DNA from: Candidatus Uhrbacteria bacterium RIFOXYB12_FULL_58_10
GTDB lineage: Bacteria > Patescibacteriota > Patescibacteriia > UBA9934 > GWF2-40-263
Direction of reading: 5' to 3'
Length of the DNA stretch: 64,000 nt
Assembly: GCA_943359455.1 (NCBI GenBank)
Contig: CALRHL010000001.1
Location: 21,184-85,183 of the forward strand
The position numbers and the translations under genes were made by a program. Under the pieces are notes generated by a model. That model was not told where the DNA came from and did no database searches. It saw only the letters and a program-made list of their open reading frames with translations. Positions 50,371-60,415 of this stretch are shown piece after piece (the first letter of the stretch is position 1; each line of letters starts with the position of its first letter).

Positions 50371-51513
50371 CTAGAACCCTCTATCCGCCATCCAATCTGC
50401 ATTCGACATTCCACCAATGCTTGCTGAAAGATTTTTTTGTCGTACATGTTCTGCACGTTCACTAACAACCACTTCTGGTCGTAGATCTCTGATGATTTGA
50501 CGTCCCTCATTCGGGAAATACTGTTGTACAACAGAAACAACTGAGGGAAGATCTATGGATTGATTTTTTTGTGAACGTCCATACACACGACTTGTTCTTC
50601 GGCGTTCCTTTTCAAACTGACTGAGCACTTCCTTTCGTGCGTCCGTTTGTTCTTCGAGAGGTAAGTCATTAAATTTATTTTCCTCCCTCGTATAGATGGC
50701 TTGAGCGTTTCGGGCATACTCCTTTAATTTATGCTCCTGCTGAAGAAGGACGTGAGATATTTCACGTTCATTTTGTAACTTCAATAAACACTCAGTACGT
50801 AACAGTTGATTCCAGACCCCTGCTACTGAAGCGGTAATCTTTCCTGTTGTGATAAGATGATCAATGAGAGGGGTGTATTCCGCCTCGATGCGCGGGAGGT
50901 GTTGGATCCCGTTCTGTTGAAATTCACCTTGAATCACCTTTACGTCCGCTTCAGAGAGAATCGATTGAAGCTGTTCGAGAAGCCGAAACTCAACCTGTTG
51001 CTGATGTTCTGGTTGTCGATATTCAGCAATCGCTTCTTTTTCAAATTGAAGCAGATGCGCCGCAAGCCATCCTTCTGGAAGATGATCGCGCTTCGCTGCT
51101 TCTTTCACGTGTGCCATGAGCACCTTAATGTCACTCTCAAGAAGTGGTTTCCCCTCAACCTCAACAACCGTACGAGAAATATTTTTCAGTGTCTTTTCAT
51201 ACGCTTCATGAATTTTTGCCTCGAATTCTTTTTTCATCCCGCTTTTTTCCAAAGCCTCCTTCACCTGTTTACGAGCCTGTTCTTCAGGAATTTTATCAAT
51301 GTCAACGATAGATTCAACGAGTCGTTCGACGGTGTCTTCAAAAACATCTCCTGAGACACGAGGTGCGGAAAGCTCAGAATCGAGAAATTGACGAAAGGTC
51401 GTCAAGATCGTGTTCTCTTTACCTTCCACACTGCGACGATCTGAATCACTCTCAATTTGTTTGAGATTTTTCTGAAGTTCAATGCCTTTTCTTGCACGAG
51501 CGAGTAAATTCAT
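50371..51513 (-). CDS. hypothetical coiled-coil-rich protein
   Basis: ORF track. Confidence 0.45.
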   Translation of the reverse strand: MNLLARARKGIELQKNLKQIESDSDRRSVEGKENTILTTFRQFLDSELSAPRVSGDVFEDTVERLVESIVDIDKIPEEQARKQVKEALEKSGMKKEFEAKIHEAYEKTLKNISRTVVEVEGKPLLESDIKVLMAHVKEAAKRDHLPEGWLAAHLLQFEKEAIAEYRQPEHQQQVEFRLLEQLQSILSEADVKVIQGEFQQNGIQHLPRIEAEYTPLIDHLITTGKITASVAGVWNQLLRTECLLKLQNEREISHVLLQQEHKLKEYARNAQAIYTREENKFNDLPLEEQTDARKEVLSQFEKERRRTSRVYGRSQKNQSIDLPSVVSVVQQYFPNEGRQIIRDLRPEVVVSERAEHVRQKNLSASIGGMSNADWMADRGF

Positions 51514-51522
51514 ACGAGGTCT

Positions 51523-52818
51523 TTAATTTTCGTCAGAGATTGGAAGATCTTCAGTGACGACCACGTCGGTCGATTCCGTCTCGACGGCATCAGATAGCAC
51601 TTCAACGGATTCGCAAAGCTCACCGCAGGCAAGCTCAGTGAGTATAGGTGATTCAACGTCCTCACTCATTCCTTCATTCCCATTCGCATCCGTTGAGGAA
51701 ACGAGAATATGATAAGTCGTACCAGAATCTAATCCAGTCAGATACAGAATGTGATCGAGAACAAGTGTACTATCAGAAACGGACCCAAGTTCGTAGGAAT
51801 CCGTCAACCCATATTCGACAATCGAATCCGCCAGCTCGTCAGTGAGCCACTGAACAGTCGCCGTTGTTGTCGAGACTTGTGTGACTTGTGGATCTATGAT
51901 GATCGGAGCAGTTAAATCTCCGGTCGTGAATTCAATCAGTTCATAGACAGCTCCATTCCCAGCAACATCAGCACTTGTAATTCGTGCGTAATATCGAACC
52001 CCTGGTGTGAGACCTGTTATTGTCTCTGAGTGTGTGAGGAGAAGTTGAATATCAGACAACTGTCCGAGCGCGTATTCGCTGTCTGTTCCCCATTCAAGAA
52101 GCGTATCCGCATAATCATCCGTTAACCAAGAAATGGTTGCGGTCGTTTCTGTTACATCTTCAATCTCGACCCGATAAATGACAGGAGCTGTTGTGTCAGA
52201 CGGAGGAAGATCAGAGATACCCGCCTCACCACCCACTCCAACACGGGCTGTTACAGACACCTGATTTGAATCTGCAACGGAGAACGCTGCGTACCCGCTA
52301 TCTCCAAAAGGACCAGCGATCGAGAGTTGAACAGACGAGGCGAACGTTGGATTTCCAACACCCGCAATTGTAACCTGAACGCATAAACCCGCAGCAATTT
52401 CCCCAATTGTTGCGTTTGTCGGTGGAGTGAACGTCAAGTTCTGGCCTGACAACTCAACTCCCCATGTATTCGCTGCTGCCGTTATGGCAAGAATTTTATC
52501 GCTATAAGCCCCATCACATTCCCCATCATTATCAACTGCCAACGTGATGTCGCCTGGTGTGCTTACCCCCGAAAGGTCCGCTTGCGACCCATACGTAAAC
52601 ACGATCACATCCCCCGGCGCGTCTACGCCGCTCGGCGTAACAAACGTAACCGTATGATCCGCGGTTGCACCAATGTTTCCATCGGTCGCTTCGACCATGA
52701 AACCAGTGATGTTTTCCGCGTGTACGATTCCGACCATCGAAAGTGTCGACGTCAGAACCATGCATGCGGCTATCATCAAGCGAATGAACATAAGCCGTAG
52801 CTGGCCGGGGTCTGACAC
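51523..52818 (-). CDS. secreted surface protein with two fibronectin type III domains
   Basis: signal peptide; TATISWLTDDYADTLLEWG and TATVQWLTDELADSIVEYG FN3-like repeats. Confidence 0.6.
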   Translation of the reverse strand: MSDPGQLRLMFIRLMIAACMVLTSTLSMVGIVHAENITGFMVEATDGNIGATADHTVTFVTPSGVDAPGDVIVFTYGSQADLSGVSTPGDITLAVDNDGECDGAYSDKILAITAAANTWGVELSGQNLTFTPPTNATIGEIAAGLCVQVTIAGVGNPTFASSVQLSIAGPFGDSGYAAFSVADSNQVSVTARVGVGGEAGISDLPPSDTTAPVIYRVEIEDVTETTATISWLTDDYADTLLEWGTDSEYALGQLSDIQLLLTHSETITGLTPGVRYYARITSADVAGNGAVYELIEFTTGDLTAPIIIDPQVTQVSTTTATVQWLTDELADSIVEYGLTDSYELGSVSDSTLVLDHILYLTGLDSGTTYHILVSSTDANGNEGMSEDVESPILTELACGELCESVEVLSDAVETESTDVVVTEDLPISDEN

Positions 52819-52847
52819 GTGCCAAACCCCGAACCATGCTATCTAAT

Positions 52848-53804
52848 TTATCGTCGTTTACTCATCGCCTGTGTCACCACCCACTTGTTGTACTGCACGA
52901 CGAGAAGTGCGGCGACAACGAGAAGAATGATGAAGAGAACGACCATCATCCAAGGCATAACCCAGAATGATGTTGTGGCAGACACAACTTGGTTTGCATC
53001 ACCATAGTTCATGATGAGCGTTGCTGTGTAAGGTCCGAATCCGAAGTTCTTCCACTCTTTTGCGAGTTCAGAAGAGTCTTCGTCGAGGTCGGCTTTTGAC
53101 CAAGAAGCAGTAAACGTGCGAGCTGAATCTGGAAGAACATTTCCACCATCTTCATTCACAGGGATAACCGCTGATGTTCCTCCCCACATGTTTGTGATGC
53201 GGATAACTCCTGCTGGCTTCAAGTGAACAGTTCCAGAGTTCTGGAGTGTTGCAGTGAAGTCAACTGGGAGAGATGCTCCGGACGCGGCCGAAGAAGAAAA
53301 ACCCGTGAGGGTTGCTCGTTCAATCGATGCGCCTGAAACGGTTACAAGAAGCAGGGAGCCAGTCTTGGCAACTGCACCAACTGAATTCCCGCTTGTTGTT
53401 GGAGCTACTGTTCCTGCAAGAACACCTGCATAGTATCCACCTGGAGAAGCAGATGCTGGAACGCTCACTGTAAAGTTTACATTCGCGAATCCACCTGGCT
53501 GAAGTATGACGGAGCTTTGTGAGAATTTAACCCACGCAGCCATTGAACGGTTGGACAGTCCAGGTTCTATGAACTGAGGTGATCCAGACGTATCTCCAGA
53601 CTTAAAATCTGAAACTTCCATGTAGAACGTTTCTGTTGCTGATCCTTCGTTAATAAGACGGATTGAACCGGTTACTGTGTCCCCTGCCGCAACTTCAAAC
53701 TCGTATTTCACTGGAGCTACTGTGAGTGCACGAGCTGGAGCGAGCCCAACGAGTGGGCTAACGACGAAGGCAACCAGCAACGCGTATAATGATTTCCTCC
53801 ACAT
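52848..53804 (-). CDS. surface protein with signal peptide and C-terminal TM anchor plus basic tail
   Basis: N-terminal MWRKSLYALLVAFVVSPLVGLAPARA; C-terminal VMPWMMVVLFIILLVVAALLVVQYNKW. Confidence 0.5.
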   Translation of the reverse strand: MWRKSLYALLVAFVVSPLVGLAPARALTVAPVKYEFEVAAGDTVTGSIRLINEGSATETFYMEVSDFKSGDTSGSPQFIEPGLSNRSMAAWVKFSQSSVILQPGGFANVNFTVSVPASASPGGYYAGVLAGTVAPTTSGNSVGAVAKTGSLLLVTVSGASIERATLTGFSSSAASGASLPVDFTATLQNSGTVHLKPAGVIRITNMWGGTSAVIPVNEDGGNVLPDSARTFTASWSKADLDEDSSELAKEWKNFGFGPYTATLIMNYGDANQVVSATTSFWVMPWMMVVLFIILLVVAALLVVQYNKWVVTQAMSKRR

Positions 53805-53828
53805 ATGGTTGGAATGTACAATTAGGCG

Positions 53829-55049
53829 TTAGAATTTGCCTGTTGCGATAAAGGTGAGTGTTTCGGAGTAGTCGTTTCCAGCTTTAGTTACAACACTGAT
53901 CGCTGCTTTTACAAGAATTTCGGCACGGCCTCCTTGAATTCCAGCGGGAGCAGAGATAATAGGACCTCCACCTAACATGATGTCTCCGACTCGTTGGGTG
54001 CCTCCACCATTATCGAAGGTACAAACAGCGCCATTGTCTGTTGGGTCGTATTTAGGATCCTTCACAAGGTTCGCACTTGGAGTTCCTTGTGTTACAGATT
54101 CAAGGCACAATCCAAATGTTTCCGTTCCTGCAGCGATAGTTGCTTCACCTCCCGCAGGAGCAAGTAAGGTGTTATTTGCTAACGCTGAACGTAATCCTCC
54201 ATTTAGTCCTCTTACAGTCAAGGTGGCTCCTCCAGAAGCATTCGTATCAAGGTCGAGGAAAATGGAGTTAATCGTTGATTGATTCGATGTTGTGAGTGTC
54301 CCACTTGAAAGGGTTCCAAGTGCAATGGTATGTGGTCCGTTGTTGTTCGAATTCTGTGCTGTTCCTGTATCGATATCAAACGAGATTGTTGCATCGATAT
54401 TTGCCGAAACGACAACGTTACTATTTTCAGTGATTGCTAGAGCAAAGTCACCAGTACTAGATGTACCAGCGGTGATTTGAACTTCGTAGTTAGCTAAGGA
54501 TGTTGGGTTTTTGTACTGGGAGTTAGAACTGACAACGCCAAAATCATTGGAGACTCCGTTTGCAGTTTCACCAATCTGAATACAAACATCCGAATTTGCA
54601 GCGATAATTGCGCTTGCTCCTCCTGATGTGAAGGTAAGTACACGTTGAAGCTGGCCACTAAATACTGTATTCCATTGAGATGCAGAGGCACCAGACGCTA
54701 CAAGACCTTCGGAAGCTTCACTACCAGCATCCTCACACTGAGGATCTGTTGTAGTATCTTCAGTCATGTCGACATCCGTTACATCCAGAATTCCCTGAGG
54801 ATCTCCACCTGATCCATCAAATGTTGCTGGAAAAGTAATCACGATTGTTTGACCTGATGCCACACCAGCCATTGACTGAAATTTAATGTTGTGATCGGAT
54901 AAACTAGAGACTGTCTGGTTATTCGTGATGTCCTCGATTGCATTGAGTCCACCAACCGCCTGCGCAAACGATGGACGGACAGAAGCAAACATCCCGAGAA
55001 CCAACGAGAAAATCGTGAGTTTCACGATATATGAATTTAATTTATGCAC
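53829..55049 (-). CDS. secreted Thr/Ser/Gly/Asn-rich beta-sandwich-like protein
   Basis: signal peptide; C-terminal ...AGNDYSETLTFIATGKF shared with 55269..55871. Confidence 0.5.
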   Translation of the reverse strand: MHKLNSYIVKLTIFSLVLGMFASVRPSFAQAVGGLNAIEDITNNQTVSSLSDHNIKFQSMAGVASGQTIVITFPATFDGSGGDPQGILDVTDVDMTEDTTTDPQCEDAGSEASEGLVASGASASQWNTVFSGQLQRVLTFTSGGASAIIAANSDVCIQIGETANGVSNDFGVVSSNSQYKNPTSLANYEVQITAGTSSTGDFALAITENSNVVVSANIDATISFDIDTGTAQNSNNNGPHTIALGTLSSGTLTTSNQSTINSIFLDLDTNASGGATLTVRGLNGGLRSALANNTLLAPAGGEATIAAGTETFGLCLESVTQGTPSANLVKDPKYDPTDNGAVCTFDNGGGTQRVGDIMLGGGPIISAPAGIQGGRAEILVKAAISVVTKAGNDYSETLTFIATGKF

Positions 55050-55268
55050 ATTTCACTAAGATTCATTAAATGCAAATTTGTGAGAATGCCAAACGACGTC
55101 TAGTCGACATTCTGAAAAAAATGCACGGTGCCTTTTGTCTAAATACCCCTCGTCTTTGAGCGACGGCACATGAGGGTAGACCCGACCTTTATTTTTATTA
55201 TACAGCCTTTTGTGGCTGGGTAATAGATGTGTTCAAGCAAACTCATCCACAGGCCAGCCTCGAAGACA

Positions 55269-55871
55269 TCAGAACGTCGCCGTTCCAATAAACACAATTG
55301 CTCCGCTGTAATCTCCAGCGTTGCTTATTGAACTAATCCCAACCTTAAACGTCACCGTCGTTGTTATATCTGCACCCCAGTTTGAGCGGGAAGCAATAAT
55401 GGTTGGTGTCACAGCTGAAATTAAGCGATCGTCGGTAAACGAGCGATCCACACCTGTCAGACCAATACCGAATTCTTCGACACCAGCGGTGACAGCTCCA
55501 TCCGTAACATTTGCGAGTTGATACCCCTGACCCGTCTTAAATCCAGAAGCTAACCTTGCGGTAAGCGAATACCCAAGATCAGCATTCGTAGACAGTGTAA
55601 CAGTCGACGTCCCAGTACTCACAGAAGCTGTTGTGAGCGGGTTAGGAGAAAGCGTTATATTTGTATTTGAAATGGACATGGTAATTTTTGGCTGCTCGTA
55701 CGTGGCTTCAAAACCAGCTGTTAAACGATAATTGGTACTTGTTGACGCACTTCCAGAAACTTCAGCTGCGGTGCCGTAGTTAATAAAATTTGTCGATGTT
55801 GATCGATCGCCACCTCCGGCCTGTGTGTCTGCCCACAGAATAAAACCAGAAGACGAAGATTCAGCCAGCAC
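55269..55871 (-). pseudogene. 5'-truncated paralogue of 53829..55049 (no signal peptide), abutting the gmd fragment
   Basis: shared C-terminus ...AGDYSGAIVFIGTATF; its first Met coincides with the point where gmd homology ends. Confidence 0.35.
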
Positions 55872-56506
55872 CGCAAAAGGCGCGCGATCCCACGCGTAAT
55901 TTTTCGTGTCACGAACGTTGGGCCTCGACGTGGAGATTCGTGATTAAACAAAATTCCATTCACGGCAAACATTCCATACGCTTCTCGATAGAGCCGAGCG
56001 GTGTGATACGAAAAAACTTTCGCGATCGCGTATGGACTTGCTGGATAAAACGGAGTGTTTTCATTTTGTGGAGTCTCAGGAGGATTTCCAAACATTTCAG
56101 ACGACGACGCCTGATAAAACTTTGTAGGAAAACCCGCGTCGCGGATCGCTTCGAGCAAACGCAACGTCCCAAGCCCAGTGATGTTCGCGGTGTACTCTGG
56201 AATATCGTAGCTCACCTTCACATGAGATTGTGCGCCAAGATGATAAATCTCTGCAGGCTCAATCGTTCGAATCAATCGTGCGATCGAAGCACCATCTGAC
56301 AGGTCTCCGTAGTGCAGGAGCAAACGTCGATCAATCTCGTGTGGATCTTGATAGATATGATCGATGCGATCGGTATTGAAGGAACTCGACCGACGCATAA
56401 TGCCATGAACTTCATATCCTTTCGAAAGGAGGAGCTCGGCAAGATAGGAGCCATCCTGACCAGTCACTCCCGTGATCAACGCACGTTTTGATGATAATTG
56501 CGACAT
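55871..56506 (-). pseudogene. gmd: GDP-mannose 4,6-dehydratase, N-terminal ~212-aa fragment (3' part lost)
   Basis: [28 protein letters not shown]...[11 protein letters not shown]...[23 protein letters not shown], then unrelated sequence; a full Gmd is ~370 aa. Confidence 0.6.
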
Positions 56507-56565
56507 AGAATTGCTTCAATGCTAGTCGGATGACAAAACTCTGTCAACGTGCTAGAGTCGGGTGT

Positions 56566-57753
56566 ATGAAATTTTGTATCTTAGGAAATCATCGAGATTT
56601 GTCGATTGCCGAAATTCAGGCTGTAACAGGCGTGACAGAGTTTGCGTCGACGTCTGGCGATGCGCTTGTGTTTGAAACAGATTTCCCGTCTGTGCAGTTA
56701 CAAGAACGATTGGCGGGGACGATTAAGGTTGGATCGATTGTTGGCTCGCTCGAGGTGTGGAACAAGGAAGCGTGTGCGGATTTGATTGCGATGATGATTG
56801 AACCAACAGAAACAAAAATTACATTCGGAATCAGTGTGTACGATGCGGGGGATTCGAAACGGACGAAGGAGTTGCGGAGTGAATCTGAAAAGGTTGGGCT
56901 TGAAATCAAGAAACGCCTGAAAGCAGACGGACGGTCAGCTCGGCTTGTCACTTCGCGTGAAAAGACATTGTCTGCGGTTGTTGTGACGACAAATCACTTG
57001 CTTGAATCAGGTGGAGAGTTTGTATTGATTGTGACGCCGACAACCGTCTGGATCGGACAGACAGAAGCGGTTCAGGACTTTGAAGCTTGGGGAAAACGAG
57101 ATTTTGGCCGACCTGCGCGTGATGCAAAGTCTGGAATGCTACCACCTAAACTTGCTCGGATGATGATCAACCTTACCGGGCTTGATCCAGCAGTGAGTGT
57201 TATCCTTGATCCGTTCTGCGGATCTGGAACGATTCCCATGGAAGCGGCACTCCTTGGTTTTAAACAGGTGATTGGAACAGACATCAGCAAAAAAGCGATC
57301 ATGGATTCTCAACAAAATCTCGCGTGGCTTGCAACACAACAACGAACACACACAAAAATCGATCTGAATGTTTGTCCCGCACAAGTCCTGACACTTCCAG
57401 AACTTGCCTGCCCCTCGGAGCCTTGGCGAAGTGGGGTCGATGCCATTGTCACCGAAACGTATCTTGGCCCAGCACTTCATGGTGGCGAACACGCAGACTT
57501 TCTCAAAAAAAATATTGCCTCCTTGTCCGATCTGTATCGCGAAACGTTCGGGTCGCTTCGACATTTGCTTTGTCCAGGCGGAAAAGCAATTGTTGCCTTT
57601 CCAGTATTTCGCACAAAAACTGGATGGGAGCACACCGCATCAAAAGAGCTGATGGAATCGCTCGGCTTCACCGTCAAACACCGCTTTCACTACGACCGCG
57701 CCGGACAGAATGTAGGGCGAGAAATTTTTGTGATGTATTTGATGACGAAATAA
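56566..57753 (+). CDS. THUMP-domain tRNA/rRNA (guanine-N2) methyltransferase (Trm11/TrmN-like)
   Basis: N-terminal THUMP-like region; DPFCGSGTI SAM motif; start set at MKFCILG. Confidence 0.65.
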   Translation: MKFCILGNHRDLSIAEIQAVTGVTEFASTSGDALVFETDFPSVQLQERLAGTIKVGSIVGSLEVWNKEACADLIAMMIEPTETKITFGISVYDAGDSKRTKELRSESEKVGLEIKKRLKADGRSARLVTSREKTLSAVVVTTNHLLESGGEFVLIVTPTTVWIGQTEAVQDFEAWGKRDFGRPARDAKSGMLPPKLARMMINLTGLDPAVSVILDPFCGSGTIPMEAALLGFKQVIGTDISKKAIMDSQQNLAWLATQQRTHTKIDLNVCPAQVLTLPELACPSEPWRSGVDAIVTETYLGPALHGGEHADFLKKNIASLSDLYRETFGSLRHLLCPGGKAIVAFPVFRTKTGWEHTASKELMESLGFTVKHRFHYDRAGQNVGREIFVMYLMTK

Positions 57754-57757
57754 CAAA

Positions 57758-58840
57758 TCATTCTACCGGCCCAAGAAAATGAACACGCAACCCTGGCGCA
57801 TCTGCAATGATTTCAAGGACGTGATCTCCTGAAACTAATTTAGCAATGTCTGCGGTTAGATAGTATGAAACCGTGATATAAGATCTTCCATCAGCACTAA
57901 CTACCTGAACATCCTTCCCAGCTTCCTCCCAGGTCAAATATCTCCCATCTATCTTGACTGTCGGAAAATGCTGTTGGCCATCAACATAATCCAAAGACGC
58001 ACGCACTCCTGTTCCATTAAACCGGAACCGAAGCGCCGCGTCTGTTTCTGTTGCCTCTACCTCTTCCCCGCTGATAATCCAGCCACCAGAAAGCGCAAAA
58101 TGTTTTGGCTCGATCGTAACAGGAAATGAATAAAACCCTTCACTTTCTGCAATAATTATCTCCGGACTATCAAAACGAAATTTTTTACCCGCTCCTGGCA
58201 CGACATTTGGATCCTCAATCACGATAGGATTCTCATCCAAATCTGTCCATCCAATAAGCGTGCGAATGGTTTCTTCTAATTCATCCATTCGTCTATCCCC
58301 AAATTCTATATCAACTTGATTTAAATTTGAGTCAAACAAATATAACACAGGCCATACTTCCGCTCCATACAGCTGACGAATCAACCCTTCACCATCAACT
58401 GCCACTCGATACTCTGTGTATTGCTGTTGAATAAACTCTCTGATACTTTCAAGTGACTCATCTGCCGAAGGTTCATAAATCGAAACGACCATAAAACCAT
58501 TTTTTGAATATTTTTTTTGCCATGCATTCAGCGTTGGAATCATGCGAATACACGAAACACAGTCCTTACTCCAAAATGTCACGAGTGTTGTATTTTTTTG
58601 ATTCAAAAGACTCAGTGGGTCAATCGCATCACGCACATACCACTTTGTTGCATCAGAAAATTTTTGAACGGTCAGTGGAACGAATGCCGCGGCAACAGAA
58701 TCGATTGTCTGGCTTTGCATGAAGGAACCGAGGGAAGGAATCGTCAATTCTGTATCAACTTCTAACACCGCCTGACGAAACTCAAATCCAATGATCGTGA
58801 TGAGAAAAATGGTACTAAGAATACGAAGGGGTTTCTTCAT
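57758..58840 (-). CDS. TlpA/ResA-like thiol-disulfide oxidoreductase with extra C-terminal domain
   Basis: signal anchor; thioredoxin motif WSKDCVSC. Confidence 0.7.
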   Translation of the reverse strand: MKKPLRILSTIFLITIIGFEFRQAVLEVDTELTIPSLGSFMQSQTIDSVAAAFVPLTVQKFSDATKWYVRDAIDPLSLLNQKNTTLVTFWSKDCVSCIRMIPTLNAWQKKYSKNGFMVVSIYEPSADESLESIREFIQQQYTEYRVAVDGEGLIRQLYGAEVWPVLYLFDSNLNQVDIEFGDRRMDELEETIRTLIGWTDLDENPIVIEDPNVVPGAGKKFRFDSPEIIIAESEGFYSFPVTIEPKHFALSGGWIISGEEVEATETDAALRFRFNGTGVRASLDYVDGQQHFPTVKIDGRYLTWEEAGKDVQVVSADGRSYITVSYYLTADIAKLVSGDHVLEIIADAPGLRVHFLGPVE

Positions 58841-59469
58841 AACGAAAAAAATGAATACGGTCCAAATGGAAGGAGAAACGCGTGAATCGTTGCATCAAAC
58901 CCAAACAGAATTTCTAAACCAACAAAAGCTAGGAGGCCGATGAGAATTGGGTTGAGTGGTTTGGGGAGTTCATGCCGTGCGAGGTATCCACGAATCGTGA
59001 CATCAAAAAAGAAAATAACGAGCCAGAGCGCGATAGAGGCACCTATCGCGTATGCAATGAACAACATGGTTGTGGCAAATGGATAGGAGCCGGCTGCGGT
59101 GATCGACAGGAGGGTGCGTGTAACCACTCCACCACACGGCGTCCAGATGATGCCGAGCATCGAGCCACCGATCGCGCTTGCGAGCGCTGAATTTTTCATG
59201 CTGTGCCTCCAGATATAAACAGCGACGCCAATCAAAACAAGCGAACCAGTGATACGCCAAACGCGTTCATCAACTTCGAGTAACGATCCGTTCGCGAGTA
59301 ATGCAGAACCAACAAATGCAAACGTGAGGGTAAAAAATCCAAAAAACCATTTTGCGCGTGTTTGAATCGTCCCTGTTCCAAGTGCCATGCCGACAAACAA
59401 GACAGGGAGAAAACACGGGGAAAGAATTGATGACAGTCCAGCGAGTAGACTATAAAAAAAGAGAGCCAT
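58837..59469 (-). CDS. ccdA: cytochrome c-type biogenesis / disulfide-reductant transporter CcdA
   Basis: six TM helices; LSPCFLP and second Cys motif typical of CcdA/DsbD-beta. Confidence 0.8.
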   Translation of the reverse strand: MALFFYSLLAGLSSILSPCFLPVLFVGMALGTGTIQTRAKWFFGFFTLTFAFVGSALLANGSLLEVDERVWRITGSLVLIGVAVYIWRHSMKNSALASAIGGSMLGIIWTPCGGVVTRTLLSITAAGSYPFATTMLFIAYAIGASIALWLVIFFFDVTIRGYLARHELPKPLNPILIGLLAFVGLEILFGFDATIHAFLLPFGPYSFFSL

Positions 59470-59520
59470 AACGCTGGAAATTATAACAAAAAAAAGAGCT
59501 CGGAGCGAATCCGAGCTAGG

Positions 59521-59682
59521 TCAATCGTGTGGAGCGTCGTATATGCCGGTGAGCATCCAGATGAAGAAGCAGACAAGGAGAGCAACTCCTAGACAGGCGG
59601 CCAATCCGCTGGTAAACGGGTTGCCACCAATCGGTCCTCCGCCTGCGAAGGCGGTCTGGACCAGAAACAGGGTGTGGAGCAT
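59521..59682 (-). CDS. small hydrophobic protein, possibly the 3' part of a frameshifted ~100-aa two-TM protein
   Basis: MLHTLFLVQTAFAGGGPIGGNPFTSGLAACLGVALLVCFFIW... Confidence 0.25.
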   Translation of the reverse strand: MLHTLFLVQTAFAGGGPIGGNPFTSGLAACLGVALLVCFFIWMLTGIYDAPHD

Positions 59683-59690
59683 GCCTTTTC

Positions 59691-59810
59691 CTACTGCGCG
59701 ATCAGACTGACGAGCACGCCGATTACGAGCATGGCGACCATGCTGCAACCATCCGTCGACTCTCCACCGATGCGAACGATGTCACTGACGATTTGAACGA
59801 ACTGAGTCAT
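59691..59810 (-). CDS. small TM protein whose ATG overlaps the CHAP gene stop (ATGA)
   Basis: MTQFVQIVSDIVRIGGESTDGCSMVAMLVIGVLVSLIAQ. Confidence 0.25.
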   Translation of the reverse strand: MTQFVQIVSDIVRIGGESTDGCSMVAMLVIGVLVSLIAQ

Positions 59811-60415
59811 TGTGTCTCCTGAAGTTGTGGTCGACTCCAGCCGGCCACGGGTTGTGGATAGGTGCCCTGATGAACGGACCATCCGTTACCTGAGCGAGAA
59901 ATCGGCAGGCTGTCCTGCCAGTTGTAACGACAGACGAAGAAAAGCTGACACGAGGTGAAATTCTGCTGAATGAACTCCACTCGATCATCAAGCACGCGTG
60001 AGATGACAGCGATGTGTCCAACCGTTCCGTCGGAATCACCGCCATCGAACACGAGAGCGTCCCATGGCTCGGGACGAACATCCCCACCATTTGTGTATGA
60101 CACGAGACCTTTCTCTTTCGCATACCAGTAGTACGAATCTGCGTGTCCTGTTTGCGTGAGATTTCGATGTCCATGCTTTTCAACAAAGACACGATTCACG
60201 AGCTCTACACACTGGTATTCGAGTCCAAACTGTCCGCGATCGTCTCCACCATTTGCAGAGAAAACCTGAATCCCATCAACCTCGCCAAGAATAGTACCAT
60301 GTGGAGGGAGGGAAAATCGATAACCGCTCGCCCAGATTCTTACTACGTTTATCGCACACATCATGATGGAGAAAACCATCATGAGTGCAGCCAGCCGTTT
60401 TACAACGGACCACAT
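59807..60415 (-). CDS. CHAP-domain peptidoglycan hydrolase (amidase/endopeptidase)
   Basis: N-terminal signal/TM; catalytic Cys in YQCVELVNR and His in VGHIAVIS. Confidence 0.75.
   Translation of the reverse strand: MWSVVKRLAALMMVFSIMMCAINVVRIWASGYRFSLPPHGTILGEVDGIQVFSANGGDDRGQFGLEYQCVELVNRVFVEKHGHRNLTQTGHADSYYWYAKEKGLVSYTNGGDVRPEPWDALVFDGGDSDGTVGHIAVISRVLDDRVEFIQQNFTSCQLFFVCRYNWQDSLPISRSGNGWSVHQGTYPQPVAGWSRPQLQETQ

Noticed and set aside
59691-59882. Long N-terminal extension of the small TM ORF overlapping the CHAP C-terminus
   Set aside because: The extension is in an alternative frame of the CHAP domain; the internal ATG at 59810 overlapping the CHAP stop is the plausible start.
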